Part shown: positions 29,197-37,867 of the stretch, one piece after another
Position numbering within the stretch: position 1 is the first letter of the stretch
Layout: each line of letters begins with the position of its first letter
Origin: Spirochaetota bacterium
Lineage (GTDB): Bacteria; Spirochaetota; UBA4802; UBA5368
Reading direction: 5' to 3'
DNA: 64,000 nt
NCBI GenBank assembly: GCA_035477215.1
Contig: DATIKU010000034.1
Coordinates: 70,037-134,036, forward strand
Notes under the pieces: generated by a model
Databases searched by the model: none
What the model was told of the DNA's origin: nothing
What the model saw: the letters and a program-made list of their open reading frames with translations, nothing else
Translations under genes and position numbers: made by a program

Positions 29197-30513
29197 ATGG
29201 CACAGGCGCTTTCATTTACGGCAGATGTAGTTGTGGTGGGATCGGGCCCGGGCGGAGCGACGGTCGCGCGGGCTCTGGCGAAGGCGGGCAAAAAAGTGGT
29301 GCTTCTGGAGCGCGGGATCGATCATCGTGGGAAATCGTATTACGGCACCTATATCGGCGCGCTCATGTATTCGGACAGAATGAGCCTGCTTTTTACGAAG
29401 GAAGGGCTGCAGATCGTCAGTCCCATCATGCTTGGCGGCGCGACCGGCATGTACTGCGGGTGCTCGGCCAGACCGCCGGGGTGGCTGAAGAGGAAATACA
29501 AGATCGACATCGACAAAGAGGTCATCGAGACCGAGAAGGAGCTTTTCATAGCGCCGCTACCGGCCGAGCTTCGCGGGAAAGCGTCCACGCGGATCGCCGA
29601 GGCGGCGGGCAACCTGGGGTACAAGTGGTTCGCGCAGCCAAAGTTCATGCAGCCTTCCCGGAGCGAGCATTTCGACTGCACGGCCTCGTGCATGCTGGGC
29701 TGTCGCTGCGGTGCGAAGTGGAACGCGGCGGAGTATGTCGATGAAGCCGGGGGATACGGGCTCGAAGTCCTGACCGGGGCGCGGGTGGATCGTGTTCTCG
29801 TTGAGGGCGGCCATGCCGCGGGAGTGGAGGGGCGCATCGGGATGAAACCCTTTACGGTGCGCGCGGGAACGGTTGTGCTCGCCGCGGGAGGCATCGGCAG
29901 TCCCCGCATTCTCCTGGCTTCCGGCTTTAAGGACGCCGGCGTGGGGATGACGATGGATACCACGGTGATGGTGTATGGTTTCATTAAAGACAAGGGGATC
30001 GGCAAGGAACCTCCGATGACCTGGTCGTGGGAAAACGACGAGGATGGTTACATGCTCTCAACGCTCATCGACCCGTGGCTGCTCTATCCGCTGGGGGCCG
30101 TTCGCGTTGGACTGCGGCACGCGCTCAAATGGCCGCGCTGGGGCAACATCCTGGGAGTGATGATTAAACTCAAGGACGATATTTCGGGCGGGGTGTACCC
30201 GAAGTATATCAGCAAACAACTGACGGCGGGTGACCGCCTGCGGCTCTCGAAGGCGGAGGCGGTGTGTAAAAAGATCCTCCTTAAAGCGCGGGCGGATTCG
30301 TCGGGCATCTTTACCAGGCCGCTCATGGGCACGCACCCGAGCGGTACCGTGCGGATCGATACCATGCTCGACAAGAATCTGATGACGAGCGTAAAGGGCC
30401 TGTACGTCTGCGACGCAAGCGTCTTTCCCGAGTCACTCGACAGGCCGACGGTTCTGACGATTATCGGGCTGGGGAAGCGCCTGGCGGGGCATATACTCAG
30501 GCAAAAAAAATGA
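29197..30513 (+). CDS. GMC-family FAD-dependent oxidoreductase (short form)
   Basis: N-terminal FAD Rossmann VVVVGSGPGGATVARALA...VVLLERG and GMC C-terminal region; 438 aa. Confidence 0.7.
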   Translation: MAQALSFTADVVVVGSGPGGATVARALAKAGKKVVLLERGIDHRGKSYYGTYIGALMYSDRMSLLFTKEGLQIVSPIMLGGATGMYCGCSARPPGWLKRKYKIDIDKEVIETEKELFIAPLPAELRGKASTRIAEAAGNLGYKWFAQPKFMQPSRSEHFDCTASCMLGCRCGAKWNAAEYVDEAGGYGLEVLTGARVDRVLVEGGHAAGVEGRIGMKPFTVRAGTVVLAAGGIGSPRILLASGFKDAGVGMTMDTTVMVYGFIKDKGIGKEPPMTWSWENDEDGYMLSTLIDPWLLYPLGAVRVGLRHALKWPRWGNILGVMIKLKDDISGGVYPKYISKQLTAGDRLRLSKAEAVCKKILLKARADSSGIFTRPLMGTHPSGTVRIDTMLDKNLMTSVKGLYVCDASVFPESLDRPTVLTIIGLGKRLAGHILRQKK

Positions 30514-30626
30514 GGAAACCCGCCCGATCTTTTCGTATTTTACATAACTGGATTCCGCGGTAACGGGGAATCGTGCGCCGCGGGGGCCCGGCGGGTTTTC
30601 ATTAACTCAATCAGAGGAGGTTGCTC

Positions 30627-31136
30627 ATGGAACGAAGAGGAGTGGTTACTTTCAAGGGGATGCCCGTAACGCTTCAGGGGCGCGATATTCCCGTGGGCGA
30701 TATGGCCCCGAATTTCACGGCGATCGACAAGGACATGCGGCCGGTGAAGCTTGACTCCCTGAAGGGCGAAATCGTGATCATAAGCGTTGTCCCTTCTCTG
30801 GATACCCGCGTCTGCGAACTGCAGACCAAACGCTTCAACGAGGAGGCGGCGAAGCTCAATGTGAAACTGGTGACGATATCGATGGACCTCCCGTTCGCCC
30901 AGCGAAGGTTCTGCGATTCGTTCAAAATAGAAAATATCACCATGCTCTCGGATTACAAGGACAGGGAGTTCGGCATGCGTTACGGCATGTATGTCGAGGA
31001 GCTGGGGCTTCTGGCCCGCGCGGTGTTCATCGTGGACAGGGACGGCAAACTGGCTTATAAACAAATAGTAAAGGAGTCGGGAGATCAGCCGGATTACGAC
31101 GCGGTGCTTTCCGAGGCAAGGAACCTTGGCGCCTGA
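30627..31136 (+). CDS. tpx: thiol peroxidase (atypical 2-Cys peroxiredoxin)
   Basis: VPSLDTRVCELQT...RRFC motifs; AGAGGAGG RBS; ATG at 30627 (track begins at the TTG at 30621). Confidence 0.9.
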   Translation: MERRGVVTFKGMPVTLQGRDIPVGDMAPNFTAIDKDMRPVKLDSLKGEIVIISVVPSLDTRVCELQTKRFNEEAAKLNVKLVTISMDLPFAQRRFCDSFKIENITMLSDYKDREFGMRYGMYVEELGLLARAVFIVDRDGKLAYKQIVKESGDQPDYDAVLSEARNLGA

Positions 31137-31228
31137 GGGGGCCGTGGTATGGGAATGAGGCGATGAAATAAAGATTTGACACTCGTTGTTACGGACTGTA
31201 GCCTATTCCATTATAACGATCAATCTGA

Positions 31229-32335
31229 ATGGGCCGAATGAAACCGAACAACGCATCCGCTCCGTACGGCATTCTCGTCGCGGCGATATTGATTGTCGTA
31301 AACACGGCGGTGTATGCGAGAACGAATATAACCCTCACTCCGGCCGGAGGCATTACCATGCCTGCCGGGTATTCGGATGACAGCCTTGAAGTTGAGGTGC
31401 AGCAAAAAGCCGATCTGAACGGGCCGATTATCGCCGATTCTCTTGCCATGGGGAATATCACCGGATATCCGGTCGGCAAGGCGCACGTGGGCAGCCTGCC
31501 TCATTTCTCTGTCGGGGTTGCCCTGGGCACGGGTATGACCAATATGCGGTATTTCGACGATAGCAGGCCCGAGAGTGACAACGGCAGCCTCCCCGGAATA
31601 ACGCCCAATCCCGTTCTCCATTTTGCGCTGGGACTGACGAAGGATTTCGATGTTCTCGGTAAGTACTTTTCGCTGTCGGATACAGTGGTAGACCCCGGAC
31701 TGGATACCGATATCGCCAAGCTAACCGATTATAAACTGCTGTCGCTCGGCGGGAAGCTGCGCTACAACATCGTAAAACGGAAGAAGCTCCTTCCTTTCAT
31801 TTTCAACTTCGGGGGACTTACCGTATCCGCGGGGGCCGACTTTCAGTATGGCGATATAAGGGTTCAGGGCGATTACGATGCCGATCTGCCCGAAGTCGAT
31901 GTCAGCATCACCGCTCCCGCGGCTTTCACCGGAACCATCACCACACAGTTCGACGGGCAGTACGCCGCGCGGGCACTGTACAGCATTTTTTCACTCTCCG
32001 CTCAGGCGGTGGCCTACTTCGATGTTTTCTACCTTTTTTCTTTTTATACGGGATTCGGGCTTACCGGAAACGTGGGATATTTTAAAATGGATTTTGACGG
32101 TGACGGCGTACTGACAACGGATGATCCCGGCTACAACGCGGCGGCGGGGACCGATCAGATCGGCACACTCCTTTTTGAATCATCAAACAAATACCACCCA
32201 TACTACGCCTTTCCCACCTATCTCATCGGCCTCGAGATCAACCTGTGGGTGTTGAAAGTAACCGGCGAAACCATGGTGAACCTCTACAACCGCCGCGACG
32301 TTAACGCAACAGTCGGCGTTCGCGTGCAGATTTAG
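31229..32335 (+). CDS. putative outer-membrane beta-barrel protein
   Basis: Signal peptide, alternating amphipathic strands, C-terminus ...TVGVRVQI; no family recognised. Confidence 0.4.
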   Translation: MGRMKPNNASAPYGILVAAILIVVNTAVYARTNITLTPAGGITMPAGYSDDSLEVEVQQKADLNGPIIADSLAMGNITGYPVGKAHVGSLPHFSVGVALGTGMTNMRYFDDSRPESDNGSLPGITPNPVLHFALGLTKDFDVLGKYFSLSDTVVDPGLDTDIAKLTDYKLLSLGGKLRYNIVKRKKLLPFIFNFGGLTVSAGADFQYGDIRVQGDYDADLPEVDVSITAPAAFTGTITTQFDGQYAARALYSIFSLSAQAVAYFDVFYLFSFYTGFGLTGNVGYFKMDFDGDGVLTTDDPGYNAAAGTDQIGTLLFESSNKYHPYYAFPTYLIGLEINLWVLKVTGETMVNLYNRRDVNATVGVRVQI

Positions 32336-32962
32336 CTATCGTTCGGGCCGCAGCGCCTTCCATAACAGATCGAATATCTCCTCGATGCGCTCTGTGAGTT
32401 TCCATTTCATGCCGTGGTAATACCAGGTATGGATATGGCGATAACAGAGCATGTAGTACATCATTTCGATGATCCTCGGCGTTACCGACGCGTCGATGTC
32501 GCCGCGTTCTTTGCCGCGCTCCACAAGCTCGCGAAGTATTGTTTTTACGTCCTCCCGGCGATATGAATGCTCCTGCATCCAGGTGCGGGTGGGAACGGTG
32601 ATAAACGCCGTGATGGCCACCGCCGGATTGCGCTCGTAAAAGTCCATGGAGACCCGGACGATCTTCCTGAAAATCTCCACGGTATTGTCGAGTCCCTGTA
32701 AGCGGGCTGCGAAAAGCCCGGGGAGCTCGCTCATCTTCTCGTCGAGTATGGTGAAGAGGAGGTCCTCCTTCGATGAGAAGTATTTGTAGATGGTACCGGT
32801 GCTGATTCCCGTCTGATGGGAGATGTCGCGCAGGTTGACCTGGTGGAAGTCCCTGCGCGAGAAGAGGTCAAGCACCACGGGATAGAGGCGCCGTTTGATT
32901 TTGTCCGGGAGCGGATGAAGCGTTCTCCGGCTTCCCGTATCATTTCGAAGGTGCTCTTTCAT
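32336..32962 (-). CDS. TetR/AcrR family transcriptional regulator
   Basis: N-terminal HTH ...FHQVNLRDISHQTGISTGTIYKYFSSKEDLL. Confidence 0.85.
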   Translation of the reverse strand: MKEHLRNDTGSRRTLHPLPDKIKRRLYPVVLDLFSRRDFHQVNLRDISHQTGISTGTIYKYFSSKEDLLFTILDEKMSELPGLFAARLQGLDNTVEIFRKIVRVSMDFYERNPAVAITAFITVPTRTWMQEHSYRREDVKTILRELVERGKERGDIDASVTPRIIEMMYYMLCYRHIHTWYYHGMKWKLTERIEEIFDLLWKALRPER

Positions 32963-33193
32963 CTGGATCGGCGTGGTTCTCCGCCCGGCTCAATATTTCA
33001 AGCGCTGCGTGTGGGAAAGCGCGGCGCCGGTAACCGGGGGCGTCGAGGGCGGGTGTAGCTCATGGCGGACATTTCGGCAAGGACATTTCGGAACGATACT
33101 GTCGCCCGTATTAATAATTTGACGGCGTGCTCCGGATGGATCATACAATGATAAAATGAATTTTATTCCTGATTTTCGGTTGGCGAGGTTGGC

Positions 33194-33568
33194 ATGAAAC
33201 GTACGGCGGCGCTGTTCGCGTCACTGGTCCCCTTATTCTGTACATCCGGCGCGATTACGACGCTTTCCGTTGAGGCGCAGGAAAAAAAAGTCGTACTTCA
33301 CTTTTTCTACGGGCGCGAGTGTCCGCACTGTAAAAGGATTGAGCCTGAAATAGAGTCGCTCGTGAAGAGCAATCCCCGGCTGGAACTGAAGAAGTACGAG
33401 GTGTGGTATAACACGGATAACCGGGCGCTCCTGATGCGGATGACGGAAGAGCGCGGCAAAAGCGCACAGGGTGTCCCAATCGTCATCATCGGCGCCGACG
33501 TCTACCTGGGGTCCGATATGGCGAAAATAAGAGATATTGCAGCCAAAAACACGCGAAAGCATAACTGA
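33194..33568 (+). CDS. secreted thioredoxin-fold protein (CPHC active site)
   Basis: Signal peptide; FFYGRECPHCKRIEPEI thioredoxin/glutaredoxin-like motif. Confidence 0.6.
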   Translation: MKRTAALFASLVPLFCTSGAITTLSVEAQEKKVVLHFFYGRECPHCKRIEPEIESLVKSNPRLELKKYEVWYNTDNRALLMRMTEERGKSAQGVPIVIIGADVYLGSDMAKIRDIAAKNTRKHN

Positions 33569-33732
33569 TCCGGCAGGGGACGGTGACCGGCGCCGGTTCA
33601 ATTGCGCAATTAAAACTAAATATATTTAAGTATTTATTATCTATTTTATAAACAAAAATATTGACACGGGGGGCGCGCCCGCTACAGTGATTTGAGATAG
33701 TTCCCCCTTAAGTTAAAAATTGCGAGGTAGCC

Positions 33733-35439
33733 ATGATTCTATTTAACCCAAAGAAATATGACGGTGCCGACGTCGACCCTGAAACCAGGGACATTTTATT
33801 AAAGACGATCGATTTTTTCGAGAAAAAGGGCCTGAAGAAAATCAAGGAGGACGACCAGTCGAGCGTCTGGTACGATGATTTCCTCGAGTTCGTAAAAAAG
33901 GAAAAGGTCTTCGCCACCCTGCTCACTCCCTCGGGCTATGGAGAGAGCGACTCGCGCTGGGACATGTGGCGTATCGCCAAAATGAACGAAATTCTCGGCT
34001 TCTACGGCCTCTGTTACTGGTATACTTGGCAGGTTTCCATCCTCGGCCTCGGCCCGATCTGGATGGGCGCCAACGAGGAGATGAAGCACAGGGCGGCGAA
34101 GCTCCTTAAAGACGGCGGAATTTTCGCTTTCGGACTTTCGGAGAAGGAGCACGGTGCGGACATCTACGGCACGGACATGATGCTCTATCCCAAAGGCGAC
34201 GGAACGTATGTGGCCCGTGGGGACAAGTACTATATCGGCAACGGCAACGAGGCGGCACTGGTCTCGGTCTTCGCCAAGATGGCGGATACCGGAGAATATG
34301 TCTTTTTCGCGGTCGATTCAAAACATCCCAATTACGAATGCGTCAAAAAGATCAGCACCTCGGGCGTGCGGCAGGCCTATGTGGCCGAGTTCGCCCTGCA
34401 CGATTACCCCATAACCGAGGCCGACATCCTCGCGCGCGGCCAGCTTGGCTGGGACTCCTCGCTCAATACGGTAAACGTGGGCAAATACCAGCTTGGCTGG
34501 GCGTCGATCGGCATCTGCACCCACGCCTTTTACGAGGCGATGGACCACGCGGCCAACCGGAACCTTTACGGCAAGTTTGTGACCGACTTCCCGCACGTCA
34601 AAAAGATATTTACCGAGGCCTATGCGCGCCTTTCGGCGATGAGACTTTTCGGCCTGAGGGCTTGCGACTACATGCGCACCGCCGGCGAGAAGGACCGCCG
34701 GTATCTATTGTACAATCCCATCCAGAAGATGAAGGTCACAATGGAGGGCGAGAGGGTGGTGGGTCTGCTGCACGAGGTCACGGCCGCCAGGGGCTTCGAG
34801 CAGGACACCTATTTCGAAATGGCGATACGCGATATCGGCATGCTCCCGAAGCTTGAGGGAACCACTCACGTCAACATCGCGCTGGTCGCCAAGTTTATGA
34901 AGAATTTTCTCTTTGCGCCGGCCGAATACCCAGAGGTGGCCAAAAGAAACGACCAGACGAATGACGCCTATCTGTTCAACCAGGGAGCGACCGCGGGCCT
35001 GTCGAAGATCACATTCCACGATTACCAGGCATCCTTCGACGGTATCAAGAGCGCGAACCTCGGCATCTTCAGAGAGCAGATCGACGCTTTTAAGGGCTTC
35101 CTGGCCAAGGGCACTCCCGATGAAAAGCAGAGCAAAAACATGGATTATATGCTCCAGGTCGGGGAGCTTTTCACGCTTATTCCCTATGCACAGCTCATAT
35201 GCGAAAACAAGAAGATCTACGGGGTGGATGACGTCATAATCGACGAGATTTTCAATTTTATCGTTCGCGATTTCTCGGCCTATGCGCTGAGGCTCTATAC
35301 GGGCCAGGATAACAGCGATATCCAGAGCGAGCTGATTCTCAAGATGCTCCGCAAGCCCTCCCAGGACCAGACAAGTTTCAATGCCGTCTGGGAGAAATAT
35401 GTCTATGCCATGAAGGGACAGTACCAGATGAATCAGTAG
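33733..35439 (+). CDS. acyl-CoA dehydrogenase family protein (long form, about 568 aa)
   Basis: ACAD N, middle and C-terminal regions recognisable (YYIGNGNEAALVSVFAK...); RBS GAGG before the ATG. Confidence 0.75.
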   Translation: MILFNPKKYDGADVDPETRDILLKTIDFFEKKGLKKIKEDDQSSVWYDDFLEFVKKEKVFATLLTPSGYGESDSRWDMWRIAKMNEILGFYGLCYWYTWQVSILGLGPIWMGANEEMKHRAAKLLKDGGIFAFGLSEKEHGADIYGTDMMLYPKGDGTYVARGDKYYIGNGNEAALVSVFAKMADTGEYVFFAVDSKHPNYECVKKISTSGVRQAYVAEFALHDYPITEADILARGQLGWDSSLNTVNVGKYQLGWASIGICTHAFYEAMDHAANRNLYGKFVTDFPHVKKIFTEAYARLSAMRLFGLRACDYMRTAGEKDRRYLLYNPIQKMKVTMEGERVVGLLHEVTAARGFEQDTYFEMAIRDIGMLPKLEGTTHVNIALVAKFMKNFLFAPAEYPEVAKRNDQTNDAYLFNQGATAGLSKITFHDYQASFDGIKSANLGIFREQIDAFKGFLAKGTPDEKQSKNMDYMLQVGELFTLIPYAQLICENKKIYGVDDVIIDEIFNFIVRDFSAYALRLYTGQDNSDIQSELILKMLRKPSQDQTSFNAVWEKYVYAMKGQYQMNQ

Positions 35440-35567
35440 CGAAAAGCCGGGGTGCCGCGGCGGTTACGCGACATAAGTCGTCCCGCTGCGGCATCCGGCC
35501 TCCCATTCTCAGGGCCGGGCCGCGGATGGGAGAGGGGATGGGGGCCGGGTGCGGTTTCATTAATCTC

Positions 35568-35595
35568 TTGACAGGCCGGCATATTTTTGTACAAT
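35568..35595 (+). promoter_or_regulatory. candidate sigma70 promoter upstream of the flaA-like genes (TTGACA-N16-TACAAT)
   Basis: Consensus -35 and near-consensus -10 with 16-nt spacer, about 220 nt upstream of the ATG at 35821. Confidence 0.35.
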
Positions 35596-35820
35596 AATTC
35601 CCTGATGACGGCCTTTGAAGTGTTTTTAATTAAATTTCTTTACTTTTTTTTCCGATTATATTACAAGTACTACGTATAAGGTGCCTCTCGGCAAGAAAAT
35701 GAAAGTGATGCTAAGCAGCGAAGCCTCCGTCGGAGGGGGTGGACTCGTTTTCTGGCGGACAGCGGGCCTTGCTCGAAGACATTATGTTAGCGCAAAAATC
35801 ATTTTTAAAAGGAGTTAAAA

Positions 35821-36564
35821 ATGAAGAGGGAGGTCAAGTCGATTATATTGGCGTTTCTGATGGGGTGTTTGATTCTCCTTGTTGGGAGCGGCAATATAAC
35901 CCTGCAGGCGCAGGAGGAGGCCAAGAGCACGGCGCCGGAGAAAAAACAGCAGACCGGTCTTATCGAGGACTGGCTGAATGATTTCGAGGCGGCGGAAGAC
36001 TGGAGGGCGACGGCCACCTCCCCGCTGGGCGACACGAAGATACGTAAAATACCGGGAAAGCCCCGTCCGGTGGACGATAACGGCAATCCCATTGAGTTTC
36101 CCAACGAGATCACCGACGATAATGGAATAACCCATAAAAATGAATTCGTACTGGGTGTAAAAACCTATTTTATGGATCGGGGTTTCGATCGCGTCGAGGT
36201 GCTTCCCCCCAATGAATACATAATCCGCGGCAAGGCCAAGGAGATCAAGGTATGGGCGCTGGGGAGAAAGTTCCGCCATACCTTGTTTGTAAAGCTTCGC
36301 GATTTCAGGGGAAGGCTGTACAAGATCAAGATCGGCAGGCTGGATTTCTGGGGATGGAAAGAGCTTTCGGTCGTCATTCCAGGCTGGTTGCCGCAGTCTG
36401 CAAGCTATGCCATGCTTGATAAAAACCTGCACTTCGTTTCGTTCTTCGTAGAGAGCGATAATTTCGAGGTTCCGGGGACGTTTTATTTCTACCTGGACAA
36501 CTTCAGGGTGATTACCGACCTCTCCGAATTTACCGGCGATACCTTCATAAGGGATACGTGGTAA
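35821..36564 (+). CDS. flagellar filament outer-layer (sheath) protein FlaA-like, paralog 1
   Basis: Signal peptide; motif ...FVKLRDFRGRLYKIKIGRLDFWGWKEL... resembles the FlaA LRD..G...GYLNFDGWKEL region; AGGAG RBS. Confidence 0.45.
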   Translation: MKREVKSIILAFLMGCLILLVGSGNITLQAQEEAKSTAPEKKQQTGLIEDWLNDFEAAEDWRATATSPLGDTKIRKIPGKPRPVDDNGNPIEFPNEITDDNGITHKNEFVLGVKTYFMDRGFDRVEVLPPNEYIIRGKAKEIKVWALGRKFRHTLFVKLRDFRGRLYKIKIGRLDFWGWKELSVVIPGWLPQSASYAMLDKNLHFVSFFVESDNFEVPGTFYFYLDNFRVITDLSEFTGDTFIRDTW

Positions 36565-36599
36565 ACGAGAGCAGGGTATACTATCAACGGAGGCATGCA

Positions 36600-37457
36600 A
36601 TGAAAATTGAATATAATAAACTGATTCCCGCCCTTGTGTGCGGCATCGCGGTCGTGGTCGCCGGGGTCCTCGCTCCCGACCGGGCCAGTTCCAGACTGAA
36701 TACCAATGTCCCCGCCGACCTCAGCGAGAGGGAGCTTCGGGCCCTCGTCGTAGAGGACTTCGAGCAGCAGACCGACTGGATCATTGATTCGGTGCCGAAA
36801 AAGAACGCCGATGAGAAAAAGAATCCGGTACCGGTGCTCGAGCTTAGATATATAGAGGGCGGCCCCTCCGACCTGATCGAGGAGAAATGGTCCCAGGATA
36901 AGAAGGGAATGGAGAAGAAACAGGCCCTGGGCGTCCATTTCAGGTTCAAGTATCCCGGTTTCAACTCGGTGCACCTGCTGCCGCCGCCCGAGGTACAGTG
37001 GGACGAGCCCACGAAAAAGGTTATGACCTATGATCCGCGCACGGGGGCGGAGGTCCAGGAAAGGGCTGTCCAGCTTCCCGGAAGGGCAAAGGGTGTTTCG
37101 ATATGGTTTCACGGACGCGGCAACGACTATACCCTCGAGGCGTGGGTGAAGGACTTCAAGGGAGATGTCCATATTTTAAGGATGGGCTCGCTCAACTTTG
37201 TGGGTTGGAGGCCGCTTAGGGCTTTTATACCCGAAAATGTCCCGCAGGAGATACAGTCCTATCCGCAGACCAGGGTGACGAAACTCGTGCGCCTTGTCAT
37301 CCGCGCGACCCCCTATGCGGGGACGGAAAATGTGTACATGTTCTTCGACCAGCTTAAGGTTCTCACCGATGTATTCGAAGTGAACTTTGACGGGCAGAAT
37401 CTTCACAAGGCCTTTCAGGGTGGGGCCAAGGGGAGCGCCGATACGACGAAAAAGTAA
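36600..37457 (+). CDS. FlaA-like protein, paralog 2 (tandem duplicate)
   Basis: Shares the core ...VKDFKGDVHILRMGSLNFVGWRPL... and the LPPPE/LPPNE region with the upstream gene; GGAGG RBS; ATG at 36600. Confidence 0.45.
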   Translation: MKIEYNKLIPALVCGIAVVVAGVLAPDRASSRLNTNVPADLSERELRALVVEDFEQQTDWIIDSVPKKNADEKKNPVPVLELRYIEGGPSDLIEEKWSQDKKGMEKKQALGVHFRFKYPGFNSVHLLPPPEVQWDEPTKKVMTYDPRTGAEVQERAVQLPGRAKGVSIWFHGRGNDYTLEAWVKDFKGDVHILRMGSLNFVGWRPLRAFIPENVPQEIQSYPQTRVTKLVRLVIRATPYAGTENVYMFFDQLKVLTDVFEVNFDGQNLHKAFQGGAKGSADTTKK

Positions 37458-37490
37458 CGAAACACCGGCTTTTACGTAGCCAGCCGCGAA

Positions 37491-37529
37491 CAAAGAGGGT
37501 GCCGATCCGGAAAGGGGGCATCCTCTTTG
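37491..37529 (+). terminator. possible terminator hairpin after the flaA-like pair
   Basis: 13-bp imperfect inverted repeat CAAAGAGGGTGCC / GGCATCCTCTTTG; no clear U-tract. Confidence 0.3.
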
Positions 37530-37867
37530 CTCAATAAAGTGCTTGCCAAAATAGTCGCCGGGATATACGCTGTGACCGAGATTTCAGGGTTAGCCGGGCC
37601 GAGGCAGTCTCCCTTCCTAAATTATACAGGGGTAGCGGGAGAGGTTGTCTGCCGGATTCAGATCAATCCCTCCCTATAATTCAGTAGCTCGAAACATGGA
37701 ATTACCCGGGTTGTGTGAACTAAGTCAGGGGGATTTGCTGTTCGTAACGCTAAAAAAAGCGTCGCAATTCGAGAGTTATCGTATAACCGGAATATGCAAC
37801 GGCCTTCACCGGTCCGCGGCGGAAAGAGGCATGCCGTCTCCGGGTGACACGGTGACCTTATTACATC

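Noticed and set aside
35631-35659. Sigma-28-like promoter (TAAA-N17-CCGATTAT) upstream of the flaA-like genes
   Set aside because: Spacer is 2 nt longer than the class III flagellar consensus and the -10 is imperfect; the sigma70-like TTGACA-N16-TACAAT at 35568-35595 is a better match. Left unresolved.
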